Source of the DNA: Carcharhinus amblyrhynchos | Lineage: Eukaryota | Reading direction: 5' to 3' | DNA: 64,000 nt | Assembly (NCBI GenBank): GCA_965287045.1 | Contig: OZ336871.1 | Coordinates: 20,212,001-20,276,000 of the forward strand | In this document: piece by piece, positions 24,901-34,800 of the stretch | Layout: every line of letters starts with the position of its first letter | How positions within the stretch are numbered: position 1 is the stretch's first letter | The notes under the pieces: generated by a model | Told to the model about the DNA's origin: nothing | What the model saw: only the letters and a program-made list of their open reading frames with translations | The model's database searches: none | Made by a program: the position numbers and the translations under genes

Positions 24901-25594
24901 TGCGGTTCACGGATTCGATGACTGGATGCAGCAGTCGGAGCAAGATGGGCCTGAGCCGAAGCTCAGCCTCTGCCCCAAGTGCTCAACACCCATTCGAAGG
25001 AGTGGCCGGTACGGGAACGCCATCAAGGGCACCCTAGCTAAAATAGAGAAAGCTAAAGCAAAGATCGTGGGAAATGAGGAGGAGTTGAAAGGCTTGAAGA
25101 AAAGTCTGGAGCAAGTTCTTGAAACGCAGGTGGAATTGTCCAACTATTATTTCACCGAGGTCCAGGACTTGCACTTCCAGCTACAAGGGTCCCCCACAAA
25201 TATGCACACACTGGCCGTCCTGGGACAAAAGGTTGTCTTACTTTCCAAGATCGCTCAGTTGAAGACCAGAGGAAGTGAGCTGTTGGAAGAACAGAAAGCC
25301 AAGATCCAGAGTAAGACTGAGTGGCAGGTGAAGTGGATCTTGAGAAGCAGAGTTCAGTTCACTGAACAGGAGATTTCTAGCATTGAGCGAGAAATATCAA
25401 TGCTAACCCATCTGACTGACATATACTTAATACAGAACACGATGCTAAAGCAAAGGAAGGCGTTTGACTTAGCGTCACAGTTAACTTTCAATGAGGTTCT
25501 ACACACACTAGAAGATGGCAAAGCAGATTACGAAGAGAAATGGTTGCAAGAAAGTGTCGATAGATTGAAAAGGAAATATCCTTTAACAAGCTAA
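3773..25594 (+). CDS. ZNFX1: ZNFX1-like helicase gene, 3' portion (8 coding exons; 5' exons lie upstream of the window)
   Basis: join(3773..3923,4610..4872,8688..8827,11186..11340,13742..13887,14961..15071,18841..18936,23498..25594). All introns are GT-AG with matching phases. The spliced translation follows ZNFX1: [79 protein letters not shown]1 fingers. Could be a paralog rather than the ortholog. Confidence 0.93.
3968..4280 (-). mobile_element. CR1 LINE 3' fragment
   Basis: Tail aagaacataagaaataggagcaggag; closely similar to 48765-49100. Confidence 0.8.
4610..4872 (+). CDS. ZNFX1: ZNFX1-like exon (...[21 protein letters not shown]...AEWK)
   Basis: ttctttcag| acceptor and AAG|gtaatt donor. 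Resembles ZNFX1 LIEIAEEADLIQADRVI...GEWQ. Confidence 0.9.
5166..5540 (+). mobile_element. Young CR1 LINE 3' fragment nested in a minus-strand SINE (4988-5690)
   Basis: ORF 5175..5450 is the CR1 ORF2 C-terminus (RTRGHSLK...[14 protein letters not shown]). Near-identical to the 3' end of 38046-41220. Confidence 0.9.
8688..8827 (+). CDS. ZNFX1: ZNFX1-like exon ([17 protein letters not shown]...[16 protein letters not shown])
   Basis: Not in the ORF track; translated by hand. Tandem acceptor tag|aag| and AG|gtttaa donor. Resembles ZNFX1 KKKMKKRVKDEL...DVWQLDLSSRWQLYR. Confidence 0.9.
9131..9443 (-). mobile_element. tRNA-derived V-SINE (HE1-like) with CR1-type tail; representative of more than 20 copies
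   Basis: A/B-box head (gtggcacagtgg...ggattcaattcc), V-core gtttgcacattctccc...ctcccacagtccaaa, tail (gattctat)n. Other copies at about 7890, 19013, 21340, 23126, 30885, 34475, 41892, 43285, 45002, 53738, 55865, 59568, 63326 and 63655. Confidence 0.85.
11186..11340 (+). CDS. ZNFX1: ZNFX1-like exon ([21 protein letters not shown]...IMGMTTT)
   Basis: Not in the ORF track; translated by hand. tgcag| acceptor and ACAG|gtatac donor. Resembles ZNFX1 LWLQLYQADTRRKILSYERQY...VVGMTTT. Confidence 0.92.
11371..11840. mobile_element. Non-autonomous Penelope-like inverted-repeat element interrupted by a SINE (about 11500-11759)
   Basis: Arms 11410-11484 and 11766-11840 are inverted copies. Shares the terminus catgatgtg(g/a)agatg and aacctggtgttgtgagacttcttact with other copies. 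Confidence 0.7.
12137..12259. mobile_element. Miniature Penelope-like hairpin element with 10-bp TSD
   Basis: TSD ataatctaca at 12127-12136 and 12260-12269, plus an internal inverted repeat. Confidence 0.75.
12440..13385 (+). mobile_element. Decayed L2-type LINE 3' fragment with a Rex fragment nested at about 12580-12810
   Basis: [21 protein letters not shown] motif, then SRLDYSN-like (tcgagactagactattccaat) and tail cttaaacactactctttgaccaagc. Confidence 0.7.
13742..13887 (+). CDS. ZNFX1: ZNFX1-like exon, helicase motifs II/III (GAAKYR...EEAAE...GDHQQ)
   Basis: ttag| acceptor and CAG|gtaaga donor. Walker B-like IVEEAAE and GDHQQ motifs. Confidence 0.95.
14388..14760 (+). mobile_element. Ancient Deu-type SINE (SacSINE1/AmnSINE-like), decayed
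   Basis: ggttcaaatccc B box, followed by ggatgtaaaagat...gaagagcag...atttatccc core recalled from DeuSINEs. Related fragments at about 5750-5890, 19700-19800 and 55365-55500. Confidence 0.55.
14961..15071 (+). CDS. ZNFX1: ZNFX1-like exon ([24 protein letters not shown]...LDYQ)
   Basis: tttcag| acceptor and CAA|gtgagt donor. 111 nt, phase 0/0. Confidence 0.95.
17865..18231 (+). mobile_element. Chimeric insertion: CR1 fragment plus Penelope-like terminal repeat within one 12-bp TSD
   Basis: TSD tgtattgcagat at 17853-17864 and 18232-18243. 5' part encodes SKTRGHSF...VNLWNSL; 3' part matches 46940-47140. Confidence 0.75.
18103..18138 (+). ncRNA. Minimal type I hammerhead ribozyme motif (Penelope-like element)
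   Basis: TCAC-CTGATGA-A-GGGG CAAA CCCC-GAAA-GCTT-GTGG: both conserved core boxes, 4-bp stem II, palindromic AAGCTT stem III, stem I CAC/GTG. Confidence 0.75.
18841..18936 (+). CDS. ZNFX1: ZNFX1-like exon ([32 protein letters not shown])
   Basis: ttcag| acceptor and AAG|gtaact donor. 96 nt; carries the (Q)HRM motif. Confidence 0.95.
19978..20445. mobile_element. Second Penelope-like family: inverted plus direct terminal repeats with a hammerhead core at 20103-20128
   Basis: About 20007-20098 is inverted against about 20101-20186. Core ctgatga-agggtc atcca gactc-gaaa. Degenerate relatives at about 2370-2520, 30296-30435, 41398-41540, 49520-49760 and 55742-55850. Confidence 0.65.
23498..25594 (+). 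CDS. ZNFX1: ZNFX1-like terminal exon: helicase C-lobe, NF-X1 zinc-finger array, RING-like domain, helical region; no RZ finger
   Basis: aattag|GGA ATC TCG is in frame with ORF 23546..25594. Contains [18 protein letters not shown], Cys/His repeats and LEDCGHIF...[11 protein letters not shown] stop at 25592-25594. Confidence 0.95.
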   Translation, partial: GISTNLYFIDHEQLENMTKEGKSFHNEHEALFVKALCNYLIQQGYKPSQITILTTYSGQLLYLRKIMPKNQFNGVRVCVVDKYQGEESDIVILSLVRSNAQGVVGFLRIPNRICVALSRAKKGLYCIGNMKMLSRKVPLWRAIVDWLCSNGKMGPALSLCCQNHPRNGTSVSTAEDFVQVPAGGCSLPCTIRLECGHTCGSPCHPSNLDHKQFNECNVKVTKVVPQCGHKQQVPCSSSLERFVCQEPCQKTLDCGHRCARRCGETCTKKCPAKVRVTLRCGHERQTLCHLQKESEIANGRNLLCNQLCRAQLACGHSCTAACYDCAGGRLHLPCSSPCERTLICTHPCDASCSKECPPCGRACENRCSHDKCPKLCGEACEPCQQPCEWACPHYCCTRLCHQPCNRKRCNQPCPQTLECGHPCIGLCGELCPNKCRVCHEDEVTEIFFGKEDEAQTKFVQLEDCGHIFAVHGFDDWMQQSEQDGPEPKLSLCPKCSTPIRRSGRYGNAIKGTLAKIEKAKAKIVGNEEELKGLKKSLEQVLETQVELSNYYFTEVQDLHFQLQGSPTNMHTLAVLGQKVVLLSKIAQLKTRGSELLEEQKAKIQSKTEWQVKWILRSRVQFTEQEISSIEREISMLTHLTDIYLIQNTMLKQRKAFDLASQLTFNEVLHTLEDGKADYEEKWLQESVDRLKRKYPLTS

Positions 25595-25772
25595 GCTTTC
25601 TGAGTCTTGCTATAAAACACAGCGATGCATTTGGCGACTGTTCATTGGCGAGTGCATAAAATACAATGTTGGAATTGGTAAAACAAAAATGATCACTTTT
25701 GCAAAGGAGTAGCTTCAGAAATGATGAATATGCTGTAAAATTACTCAGGATTTGTACTTCAATTTAACTTTC

Positions 25773-28700
25773 TGTCATAACCCTCACGAGAGCCATTGGG
25801 AATCACAAATTGATTTTGCTCTGGGACTTACTGAGTATGAGTTCTCCTGGTAACCGGTAATGAATGACCTGCCCAGCTTGAACTCAGTACCTAAGGTTTT
25901 TATAAGGCAGGCCAGGACTGGGCCCGTTGTACTGCAGTCCCAACCAAGGACTGGTGTATGGACACCACATAAATAAGTGATGTTCCTTTCCAGTCAGCTT
26001 TTCTGAGTTCTTGCATTGGCAATGAGGAACAAGAAACAGCCTTGTCTTTCAACGAACCTGATAAGACAGTGACAAGGAAAGTTTTTTAAATGCCGCTGTT
26101 TGGGGAACTGGAAAATTATGATGTGGGTGTGAAGGATTGGCCATAATATGCCGAAAGAATGAAATATTTCTTCCGAGCAAGCAGGATAGAACGGGACGAC
26201 TGGCAAAAAGCCATCCTCCGGACTGTTTGTGTGGCCTCAACTTTCAGCATCAAAAATAGTTTAATGTATCCGGCAGCTCTGGATTCATGTTTTTGACAAA
26301 TTGGTGGAGATGGTATTGGACCACTACAACCCTAAAGCATCGGTTTCCCTGCGACAGTAGAGGTTTAACATGGAAAATAGGCTTCCTGAGGAACCAGTCA
26401 CTCTTGACGAGATTGCGGAAATTGGCGGAACACTGCGAGTACGGGTCAGTGCCTCCGGACATGTTTAGGGATTGTTTAGTTTGTGGAATTAACAGTACTG
26501 CAACCCAAAGTAAGCTACTGACTGAACCAACTCTGGACCCTGAAGAAAGCTACAGAATTGGTCTTGCCCGCAAAAATAAAGTGGAGAAAGGGGCCCAGAA
26601 GTTTCAAGGATCCATATACGGTACCGTCCTCAGCCTTCGATGAGCCCCATACCACAGAACCAAGTCCCCAGCGTCTCCTATTTACTGCCAAGAAAGAGCG
26701 ATTGGTGTCGGAGGTCGTGAGATTCCAGAATTAGACGGGAAGCCTCTCCACAATACAGTGAGGAGTGAACACATTAATGCTGCACGTGTAGTCATGGGGT
26801 CTGCCCCAGGCAAGGCCACAAAAGTTGACAAAATGTGTTCAGCACAGGCTGAAGGGTAAAGCCACCTCAGGGCAAGGCTTTCCAAATGAACCAGCCCAAG
26901 AACGAGGAATTGATGTAGCTGAATTGCATCATTGTACCCAAAGTGGCTCCAATCCCGATAAAACTCCAGGCAAGAGGTCAACCCTTAGACTTGGAGGTAA
27001 ACACAGGAGCTGCTAAATCTGTTATTTGGGAGCAAACCTTTAAGCCACTATGGGCATCTTGCCTTTAAGCCTATGGGATACCAAGGCTAGACTGACCACA
27101 TATATTGGGGACCCCTTCACGTTTTGTTGGGACCACTGTAACCCAATCACACATGGGCAACAGACAGTTGGATTTATCCCCCGAATAGTGGTGCAGTGTT
27201 TTGAGAAGTGACTGGCTGCAGAAAATCCACCTGGATTGGCAACACATTTTAAAAAATGGTTACTGGCGATTCATACAAAATCATTGGGAATTATCCTGAA
27301 GTGTTGCAAGAAGACTTTGGGAAGATTAGAGGCACTAGGGCCAAGATCTGCGTGGACTCAGGCCTGACCTAAATACTTCAGTGCATGACTGGTCCCTTAT
27401 TCTCTATGTGCCAGATAGAGGGCTAATTGGAAAGGTCTATGGGAAATTGGCATTATACGTCAAGTACAACTTGCAGAATGGGCCATGCCAATAGTCCCAG
27501 CTTTAAAACCTGACAATTCGGTTTGTCTCTGTGGGGATTATAAGTTGACAGTCAACAGAACCTTCCGCTTAGACAGATACCCTGTGCCACACATTGGCGA
27601 CTTGTATGCAAAGCTGGCTGGGGGACACATTTTGCAAATTGAGTATGAGTTATGCCTACTTCCAATTGGAGCTTGTGGTGTCATCCAGGAAGTATGTCAC
27701 AGTAAATACTCAAAGGACTGGATGAGTATACCTGCTTGCCCTTTTGAGGTGTCTTCGGCTTGTGCCATTTGTGCCAAGGAACACGATGGAGTTGAAGTCT
27801 TTCTTCAGGCTCATACGGTAAATTCACACCAAACTTGGTGACCCTGCTGTCTCCCTCCATGTACTGTTTCAAAAATAGTCATCCTGGCAGATGCCAAAAG
27901 AGGAAGTCTTTGCAAATGCCAAACAACAATTACTGTCAACGAATATACTAACCCATTATAACAGTCTGAGACCACTCACTATGACCTGCGATACCTCCCG
28001 CTACTGGCGGGGAGAGGGAGATATTATCGCACCGTTGGGATGATGAGTCAAAACATCCAGTCATGTACGCGTCACGAACCCTGGCGGATGCATAGGGGAA
28101 GCATGCCCAGATCGAAAAGGAAAGTTTGACCATGGTGTTTGTAGTGAGAAAGTGCTATCAGTACGTCTACGGTTGGCACTTCACCATGGTAACCAATCAC
28201 TAACCTCTGGGCCTCTTCAAAGAAGGCAAGGTGGTTCCTCTCAGCTCACCAGCCCGGATCCAACATTGGGCACTGCTACTGGGTGTCTATGAGTATACTT
28301 TAGAATACTGTCCAGGGATATACAGAGCCAATGTGGATGACTTGAGCTGCCTCCCAATACCCACCAGTCTACTTTCTCCTTCAAAGATGGACAAAGTCTT
28401 AAAGATTCTGAACTTTATGGACAAACCGCCAGTATCCAACAAACACAATACATGGACCCAAAAGGACCCCATGTTGGTGAAACTACGTCACATCATCCTA
28501 TGCGGTGGATCACAAGGGCATCCTACTGAGGATTTGAAATCTTACCTCGAAATATCAGGAGTTGGGTATAGAAGCTGACTTAGCTTGATGTTCCCAAGTC
28601 TGGACTGAAAAATTGTGCTAAAACAAGAAGCCCAGAAGTTGCCACAATGGTCAGAGACTGGATAGAGTCTTCAAGCTGAGCGATACAGGGTCTATGTGAA

Positions 28701-29160
28701 GAACCTCAGTGATGCATTCTTTGGATTCCGGGTGTTATCCTTGAATAAACTGGACTAATGTCATATAAGGTACAAACCAGGGGGAAGACCTACAAAGAAC
28801 ACATTGATCACCTCAATCATAGGAACCCTCCACAGAGGCAACAGGTTCTACGGGCACTCCACAGTCAGCATCCTTCACACCGGCCTACGGATGGGACATT
28901 CTGCTCGCTGTAAGCATAAGAGCCAGTCCTCAGGACATTGATTCTGGCTTAGATATGAAGGAAGAGGTGGTGGTAACCCAGTCAGAGGTTGTCACCGAGG
29001 ACAAGCTTGCTGCAGTGGCTTTTTGGTGTCCTGTATACAAGAGGCATTCACTGACCCATTACAAACCTCCCCCATGACCAGATCCAGCAAATATGGAAAT
29101 GAGACTACGGGCAAAGAGACAGTCCCAGAATGATTTGGATGGTAAGGTAGAGTGATGCGA
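25773..29160 (+). mobile_element. Decayed Gypsy (Mag/K02A2.6-like) LTR retrotransposon
   Basis: Putative 5' LTR TG...CA at 25773-26015. PBS-like tggcaatgagg (Mag-type TGGCGACGAG). Gag starts MPLFGELENYD at 26090, then LRKLAEHCEYG...RDCLVCGIN. Protease LEVNTGAA near 26990; RT WAMPIVPALKPDNSVCLCGDYKLTVN; RNase H ARIQHWALLLGVYEY. Many stops and frameshifts; no matching 3' LTR seen. Confidence 0.85.
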
Positions 29161-31624
29161 CTATGGTCATGTAGTATCTGTGTCAATGTGTATATTTAAT
29201 GGCAAAATACTGATTTAAGCAATGGTGCAGTCTCTCATCACTGCGGACCCTTCCCGTAACTCAGATGAATACTTATCCTGTGATAAAGTCTTACAGATCG
29301 GAGGCTGGAGGTAGCAGATTCAGCTAATGATTGTCGGGAAAGCAGATTGCACCATCAGTGAGTGAAGGAGAGGAATTGGTCTGGGTGAGATTAGGAGGAA
29401 GAGCTGTGGCACTAAGTGACGCCTGGATGGTCGTCACGGTGACCTCGGATGTTGGTCCTCCAGAAGAAACTCTTCAGTTGTGAGCAATAAAATAAAACAA
29501 AACTTACTCCAATTTATAAATCAAAGAAAAAGATTTAAGAAAGAAACTTCATTACTCCAGCACTTGAGGCCTCACCCTGGGCCATTCCAAGCTCCCCCCC
29601 GCCCCCAATTCCCAACAAATTCTTATTTATACTGAGTCAGCTGACCACCACATCATTTTGTCATTGCTTACATAGTGTACTGGGTCAGCTGACCCTTACA
29701 TCTTGTTACCATTGGTCACACTACAGTGTTATCATTGGTTATATCCTATCATCAGAGACCACATGACTTTCTCATCTAAGGTTTTGGCAAATCTTGGTAA
29801 ACATGTGACTCCTGATCAATGAGGTGGCAGTGCGTGCAATTTGGAGCTGGAGCGCAGGCTTTAAGTTGGAGAACCAGACAACGCATTGTGATAGTTACAA
29901 TAATGCTGTTACTTTGCTGTAAATGATTTTCATAGTCTTTTCCTGGAAATAAATAGTTGTCACTTCACCGGCTGGCCACCAGGTGTTCCGTTATTACAGT
30001 GGACAACAGTGAAGCAATATGTGACCTGATCCGCTAGGCAAGAGGTAGAAAGAGAAGAAGCAGAGAGCAATTTGAATCTGCACCATCTGCTTCTGTGGGA
30101 TGAGTTTCATCACTGTCTGGGATTCTACACATTAAACATTGGCTCCAATAGCTAATTTAAGCTCTTTGGTTAATGTGAGAAAATGATCCCGAGTGTAGTC
30201 TATTTTAATTGTAATGTACACCTCAATATTTGCTATGAACAGGTCATTATAAGAGCTGTTTGCAATCATAGTGTTGTGCTAGAGTAAAAACTTGATAACA
30301 GCAAATTACTACAGATGCTAGAACCTGAAACCAAAAGAGAAAATGCTGGAAAATCTCAGCAGGTCTGGCAGCATCTGACAGTAAGGAGAGAGAAGAACTG
30401 ACGTTTTGAGTCCAGATGACCCTTTGTCAAAGCTGACAGTTGCACTCTTTCCTATGTAGGTTCCTGAAGTGCGAAACTGTTATCACAGTGTCTGTTGATT
30501 TAGGGATAAGTCGTTAAAAAAAATCCTCATTTCACAGCAGGAACATTTGAGATTTATAAACGAAGTTTAACAAGCCTGCATGCCATGGTGATGTTGTAAT
30601 CTTTATATTTCTGCAGCTTTATTGCTTAAAATAATCCTTTTGTGAAGTAAAATCAGAAATGCTACCTTGTGTGATTTAGTGCGAGCCTATATTGTAATTG
30701 TGGGTTAAAATAAAAATCTTGAACCAAACTTTGTACCCTGCATTTTGTTTTCAAAGTAACGTTTACAGTATTAAGATATAGCCATAGACTTAGACAGAAT
30801 GAAGTGTTTATATACTCCAAAATGACCATAATGCACTTCTGGGAAGTCACGAAACGATGGATGAATAGTGATTCAAAAGAAATCAAAGAATCCCTACAGT
30901 GCAGAAGGAGGCCATTTGGCCCATTGAGCCTGCACTGACAACAATCCCATCCAAACCCTATCCCCATCACCCTACGTATTTGTCCTGCTAATCCCCCTGA
31001 CACTAAGAGTCAATTTTGCATGGCCAATCAATCTAACCCACACATCTTTGGAGTGTGGGACGAAGCTGGAGCACCCGGAGGAAACCCACGTTGATGGGCG
31101 GAAGTGAACTCAGATTTGTGGATTATATACAGCATATGAGCCAAAAAAAGCAACATGCTTTATATTTTGGATCCTTGAGTTGCTCCAGAGACGATGGCTT
31201 GAGTGCTGGGTCCAGAAATCATACTTGGAAATGTTCTGGTTACATTTAGATAGATTGGTGTCAACACCTGACTTGTGGCTCAAGTCGAATTTTCAGCTTC
31301 TGAACTCTGGAATTCATGAAAATTTCCTCCAATCTTCCATTATGAGACTGGCAGGAGAATGACTGGATTGGACTGAGGGAGGCCCAGTTACCTCTGGTTT
31401 CCTCTGATACTGGATGCTTCCCAAGGAAAATTTCATCAGCGCTTCACAAGGCAAGTAACAGTCCAGGCGCAGGGATTTCCTGCTTCAGGTCATCGAAGGA
31501 GATCGCGTAGTGAATAATTCTGTGAATGAGATCTGAGGTTTTGGCCACCACGAGCCTGAAGGCAGCCACACCTGGGCCCAGACTTGGTGAGATTTATTCC
31601 TTGCAAAAATTCCTTAATTGGTCC

Positions 31625-32259
31625 TGTTATGCTTCAGGTTAGAAACTCCGAAGTGTTTTATAAAGTCTGCCTGAAGCATAAGTTTTGCATCTTGAATTTG
31701 GCTAGGATAAGCATGAGATGTTTCAGTTCAGGTGTGATTTAAAATGCCCACCATGGAGCTTTTATCAAACAAAGTTTATTTAAGAATATAGTTAACATAT
31801 ATGGAAAAAAATTAGCAATAACCTTTATCAATTATAAGCAAAACAACCACTAATGTTTATCAGATGTTCCAATTAAAACCAATGTCCAATAAACAAAACC
31901 CTTTAAACAGATTTATCTCTGTACAGGCTAAAGCTCACTGGAATCCAGTTCCTTCCGTTGAATGCTGAGTTCAAATGATCTTGAAAACTCAGAGCAGTTT
32001 GTAGTCAGATCAGCTCCTCAAAACACATTATTTACTGTAGCATGACAACAAGCCTTTTTTTCAGTTAACAGGTAAAATGTTCAAAGCAAAACAGGGGCTT
32101 CTTTTCCAGCTTCTAATGCTGCAGACAAAATGAAACTGAAAGCTGAAAAACTTCAGTCACCTGACCTGCCCGCAGTTTTTTTTCCTCCTTCCAGCAATGA
32201 CATCATCCAAGGCTGTGCCCACAGTTTAAAAAACCTCTTAAAGCTACACTAACCTCACA
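31625..32259 (-). repeat. Solo-LTR-like repeat
   Basis: TGTTA...TCACA termini and aataaa on the minus strand (31776-31781). No TSD found. Confidence 0.4.
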
Positions 32260-32765
32260 AATTCATGGAATGTGTGCATCGCTGGGAAGTCCAGCATTCA
32301 TTGCCATTCCAAATTGCCATTGAGAAATTAGTGATGTGCCACCTCTCCATACCACTGGAGACCATGTGTTATAAACATATTCAGGCTATTGACAAATCTA
32401 GAGTTCTGTTATGAAGAGTTCTGGTCTTTGACCTAACAATAGTGAAGGAAAGGCGATCAATGACATTCCAAGTCAGGATGATACATGATTTGGAGGAGTG
32501 CTTGCAAGTGGTGGCGATCCTTGCAGTTGCTGCTCTTGTTCTCATTGATGGAGAAATAACACATTTGAAACAAAAGCAAAAAGTGCTGGAAAGCTTCAGC
32601 AGGAGAGAGGAACAGCATTAGTATTTTGGGTGCAATATGTCTGCTGTTCAGAACTGAAAAGGGGTAGGTTTGAAAGATGCCATTGAAGGAGCCTTGGTGA
32701 GTTGCTGCAGTGCATCCTGTACATAGTACACACTGCTGTCACTGTGTGCCAATGGTGAAGAGAGT

Positions 32766-33372
32766 GAATGCTGCAGCTGTATAGGGCATTGGTGAGGCCA
32801 CAGCTGGAGTACTGTGTGCAGTTTTGGGCGCCGCACCTGCGCAAGGGTATTTTGGCCCTGGAGGGAGTGCAGAGGAGGTTTACTAGGCTGATACCGGAGT
32901 TGAGGGGATTGAGCTATGAGGAGAGGCTGAATAAACTAGGCTTGTACTCGTTAGAGTTTAGAAGAATGAGGGGAGATCTCATTGAGACGTATAAGATGAT
33001 GAATGGGATGGATAGGATAGAGGTGGAGAGACTCTTCCCGCTCAAAAAAGACAGTAGGACTAGGGGGCACAGCCTCAAGATAAAGGGGAGGCGGTTTAGA
33101 ACGGAGTTGAGGAGGAACTTCTTCACTCAAAGGGTGGTGAATCTCTGGAATTCTCTGCCCGTTGAAGTGGTGGAGGCTGCCTCGCTAAATATTTTTAAGA
33201 AGCGGGTTGATGGGTTCTTGATAAGAGAGGGGATTAAGGGTTATGGGGAGAGGGCGGGAAAGTGGAACTGAGCCACAACAGATCAGCCATGATCTTATTG
33301 AATGGCGGGGCAGGCTCGAAGGGCTAGATGGCCTACTCCTGCTCCTATTTCTTATGTTCTTATGTTCTTATG
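32766..33372 (+). mobile_element. Young CR1 LINE 3' fragment
   Basis: ORF 32768..33271 (LYRALVRPQLEYCVQFW...) and (ttatgttc)n tail. Confidence 0.92.
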
Positions 33373-33747
33373 AATGTTTAAGATGGTGAATGGAATGTCA
33401 ATCAAGCTGGCTGCTCTATCCTGGTTGGTGTTGAGCATCTGGATGTTGTGTGGACTTTTATCCTGGAAAGTAGAAGATATTCTATCTCCAGGCTTAAGAG
33501 TCAGAAAATGAATTAATTGCTGCAGAATTCCAAAACATTGACCTGGATTGGAGCAAGGAAGGGGAAATGATACTGAGGAATCTACAATCTTATTCAGGAG
33601 GAAGAGAGTCTGCCTTCTGATATGACAGTCTCCTGGGATTTGACAAGAAACCAGCTCCAACCTATAACCCTCCATGAGCTCTGTATTCCCTCCAATTTTC
33701 ATCACTTAGGCATCACTCATTTTCAAGATACTAAGATCTTTCACTTC

Positions 33748-34800
33748 ATAAGAACACAAGAACTAGGAGCAGGAGTAGGCCATCAGGCCCCTCGAGCCTG
33801 CTCTGCCATTCAATAAGATCATTATCTTTCTGTGGACTCAGCTTCACTTACCCATCTGCCCACCATAACCCTTAATTACTGTTCAAAAATTTATCTATCC
33901 TTGCCTTAAAAACATTCAATGAGGTAGCCTCGACTGCTTCACTGGGCAGGGAACTCCACAGCTTCACAACCCTTTGTGTGAAGAAGTTCCTCCTCAACTC
34001 AGTCCTAAATCTGCTTTGAGGCTATGCTGCCTAGTTCTAGTTTCACCCCCCAGTGGAAACAAGTTCCCTGCTTCTATCTTATTTAGTTCCTTCATAATCT
34101 TATATGTTTCTATAAGATCGCCCCTCATTCTGAATTCCAATGAGTATAGCCCCAGTCTACTCAGTCTCTCCTCATCAGCCAACCCTCTCTGGAATCAACC
34201 TAGTGAGTTTGCTCTGCACCCCTTCTAATGCCAATATATCCTTTCTCAAATGAGAAGACCAAAACTGTACACAGTACTCCATGTGTAGCTTCACCAGCAC
34301 CTTACACAGCTGCAACATAATCTCGCTGTTTTTAAACTTCATCCCTCAAGCAATGAAGAACAAAATTCCATTTGCATTCTTAATTACCTGCTGTACCTGT
34401 AAACCAACTCCTTGAGATTCCTGCGCAAGGGCACCCAGGTCCCTCTGCACAGCAGCATGCTGCAATTTTTAACTAAGTCCAAAGATGTGTGGGTTAGGTT
34501 GATTGGCCATGCTAAAAAATTGCCCCTTAGTGTCCTGAGATGCGTAGGTTAGAGGGATTAGTGGGTAAAATATGTATGGATATGGGGGTAAGCCTGGGTG
34601 GGATTGTGCTTGGTGCAGACTCGATGGGCCAAAGGGCCTCTTTCTGCACTAGTGTTCTATGATTCTATGAAATAATAATCCATTTTGCTGTTATTCTTAC
34701 AAAATGGATGACCTCACATTTACCAACATTGTACTCCATCTGCCAGACCCTTGCTCTCTCACTTAGACTATCTTTGCAGACTTTCAGCGATCTGCTTAGC
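33748..34800 (-). mobile_element. Older CR1 3' fragment with a nested SINE (34475-34670)
   Basis: ORFs 33994..34182 and 34665..34865 (WQMEYNVGKCEVIH). Confidence 0.8.

Noticed and set aside
24209-24943. 244-aa antisense ORF and other overlapping ORFs in the zinc-finger region
   Set aside because: Shadow frames of a GC-rich coding exon; no independent motifs.
29955-30015. Possible displaced RZ remnant (SPAGHQVF) after the LTR element
   Set aside because: Lacks the Cys and Trp residues of the motif; similarity is at chance level.
30296-30435. Hammerhead-like motifs at about 2445-2470, 30405-30433, 41505-41532 and 49525-49552
   Set aside because: Core boxes are mutated (e.g. tttgacaaa, caaaa), so they are not called as ribozymes.
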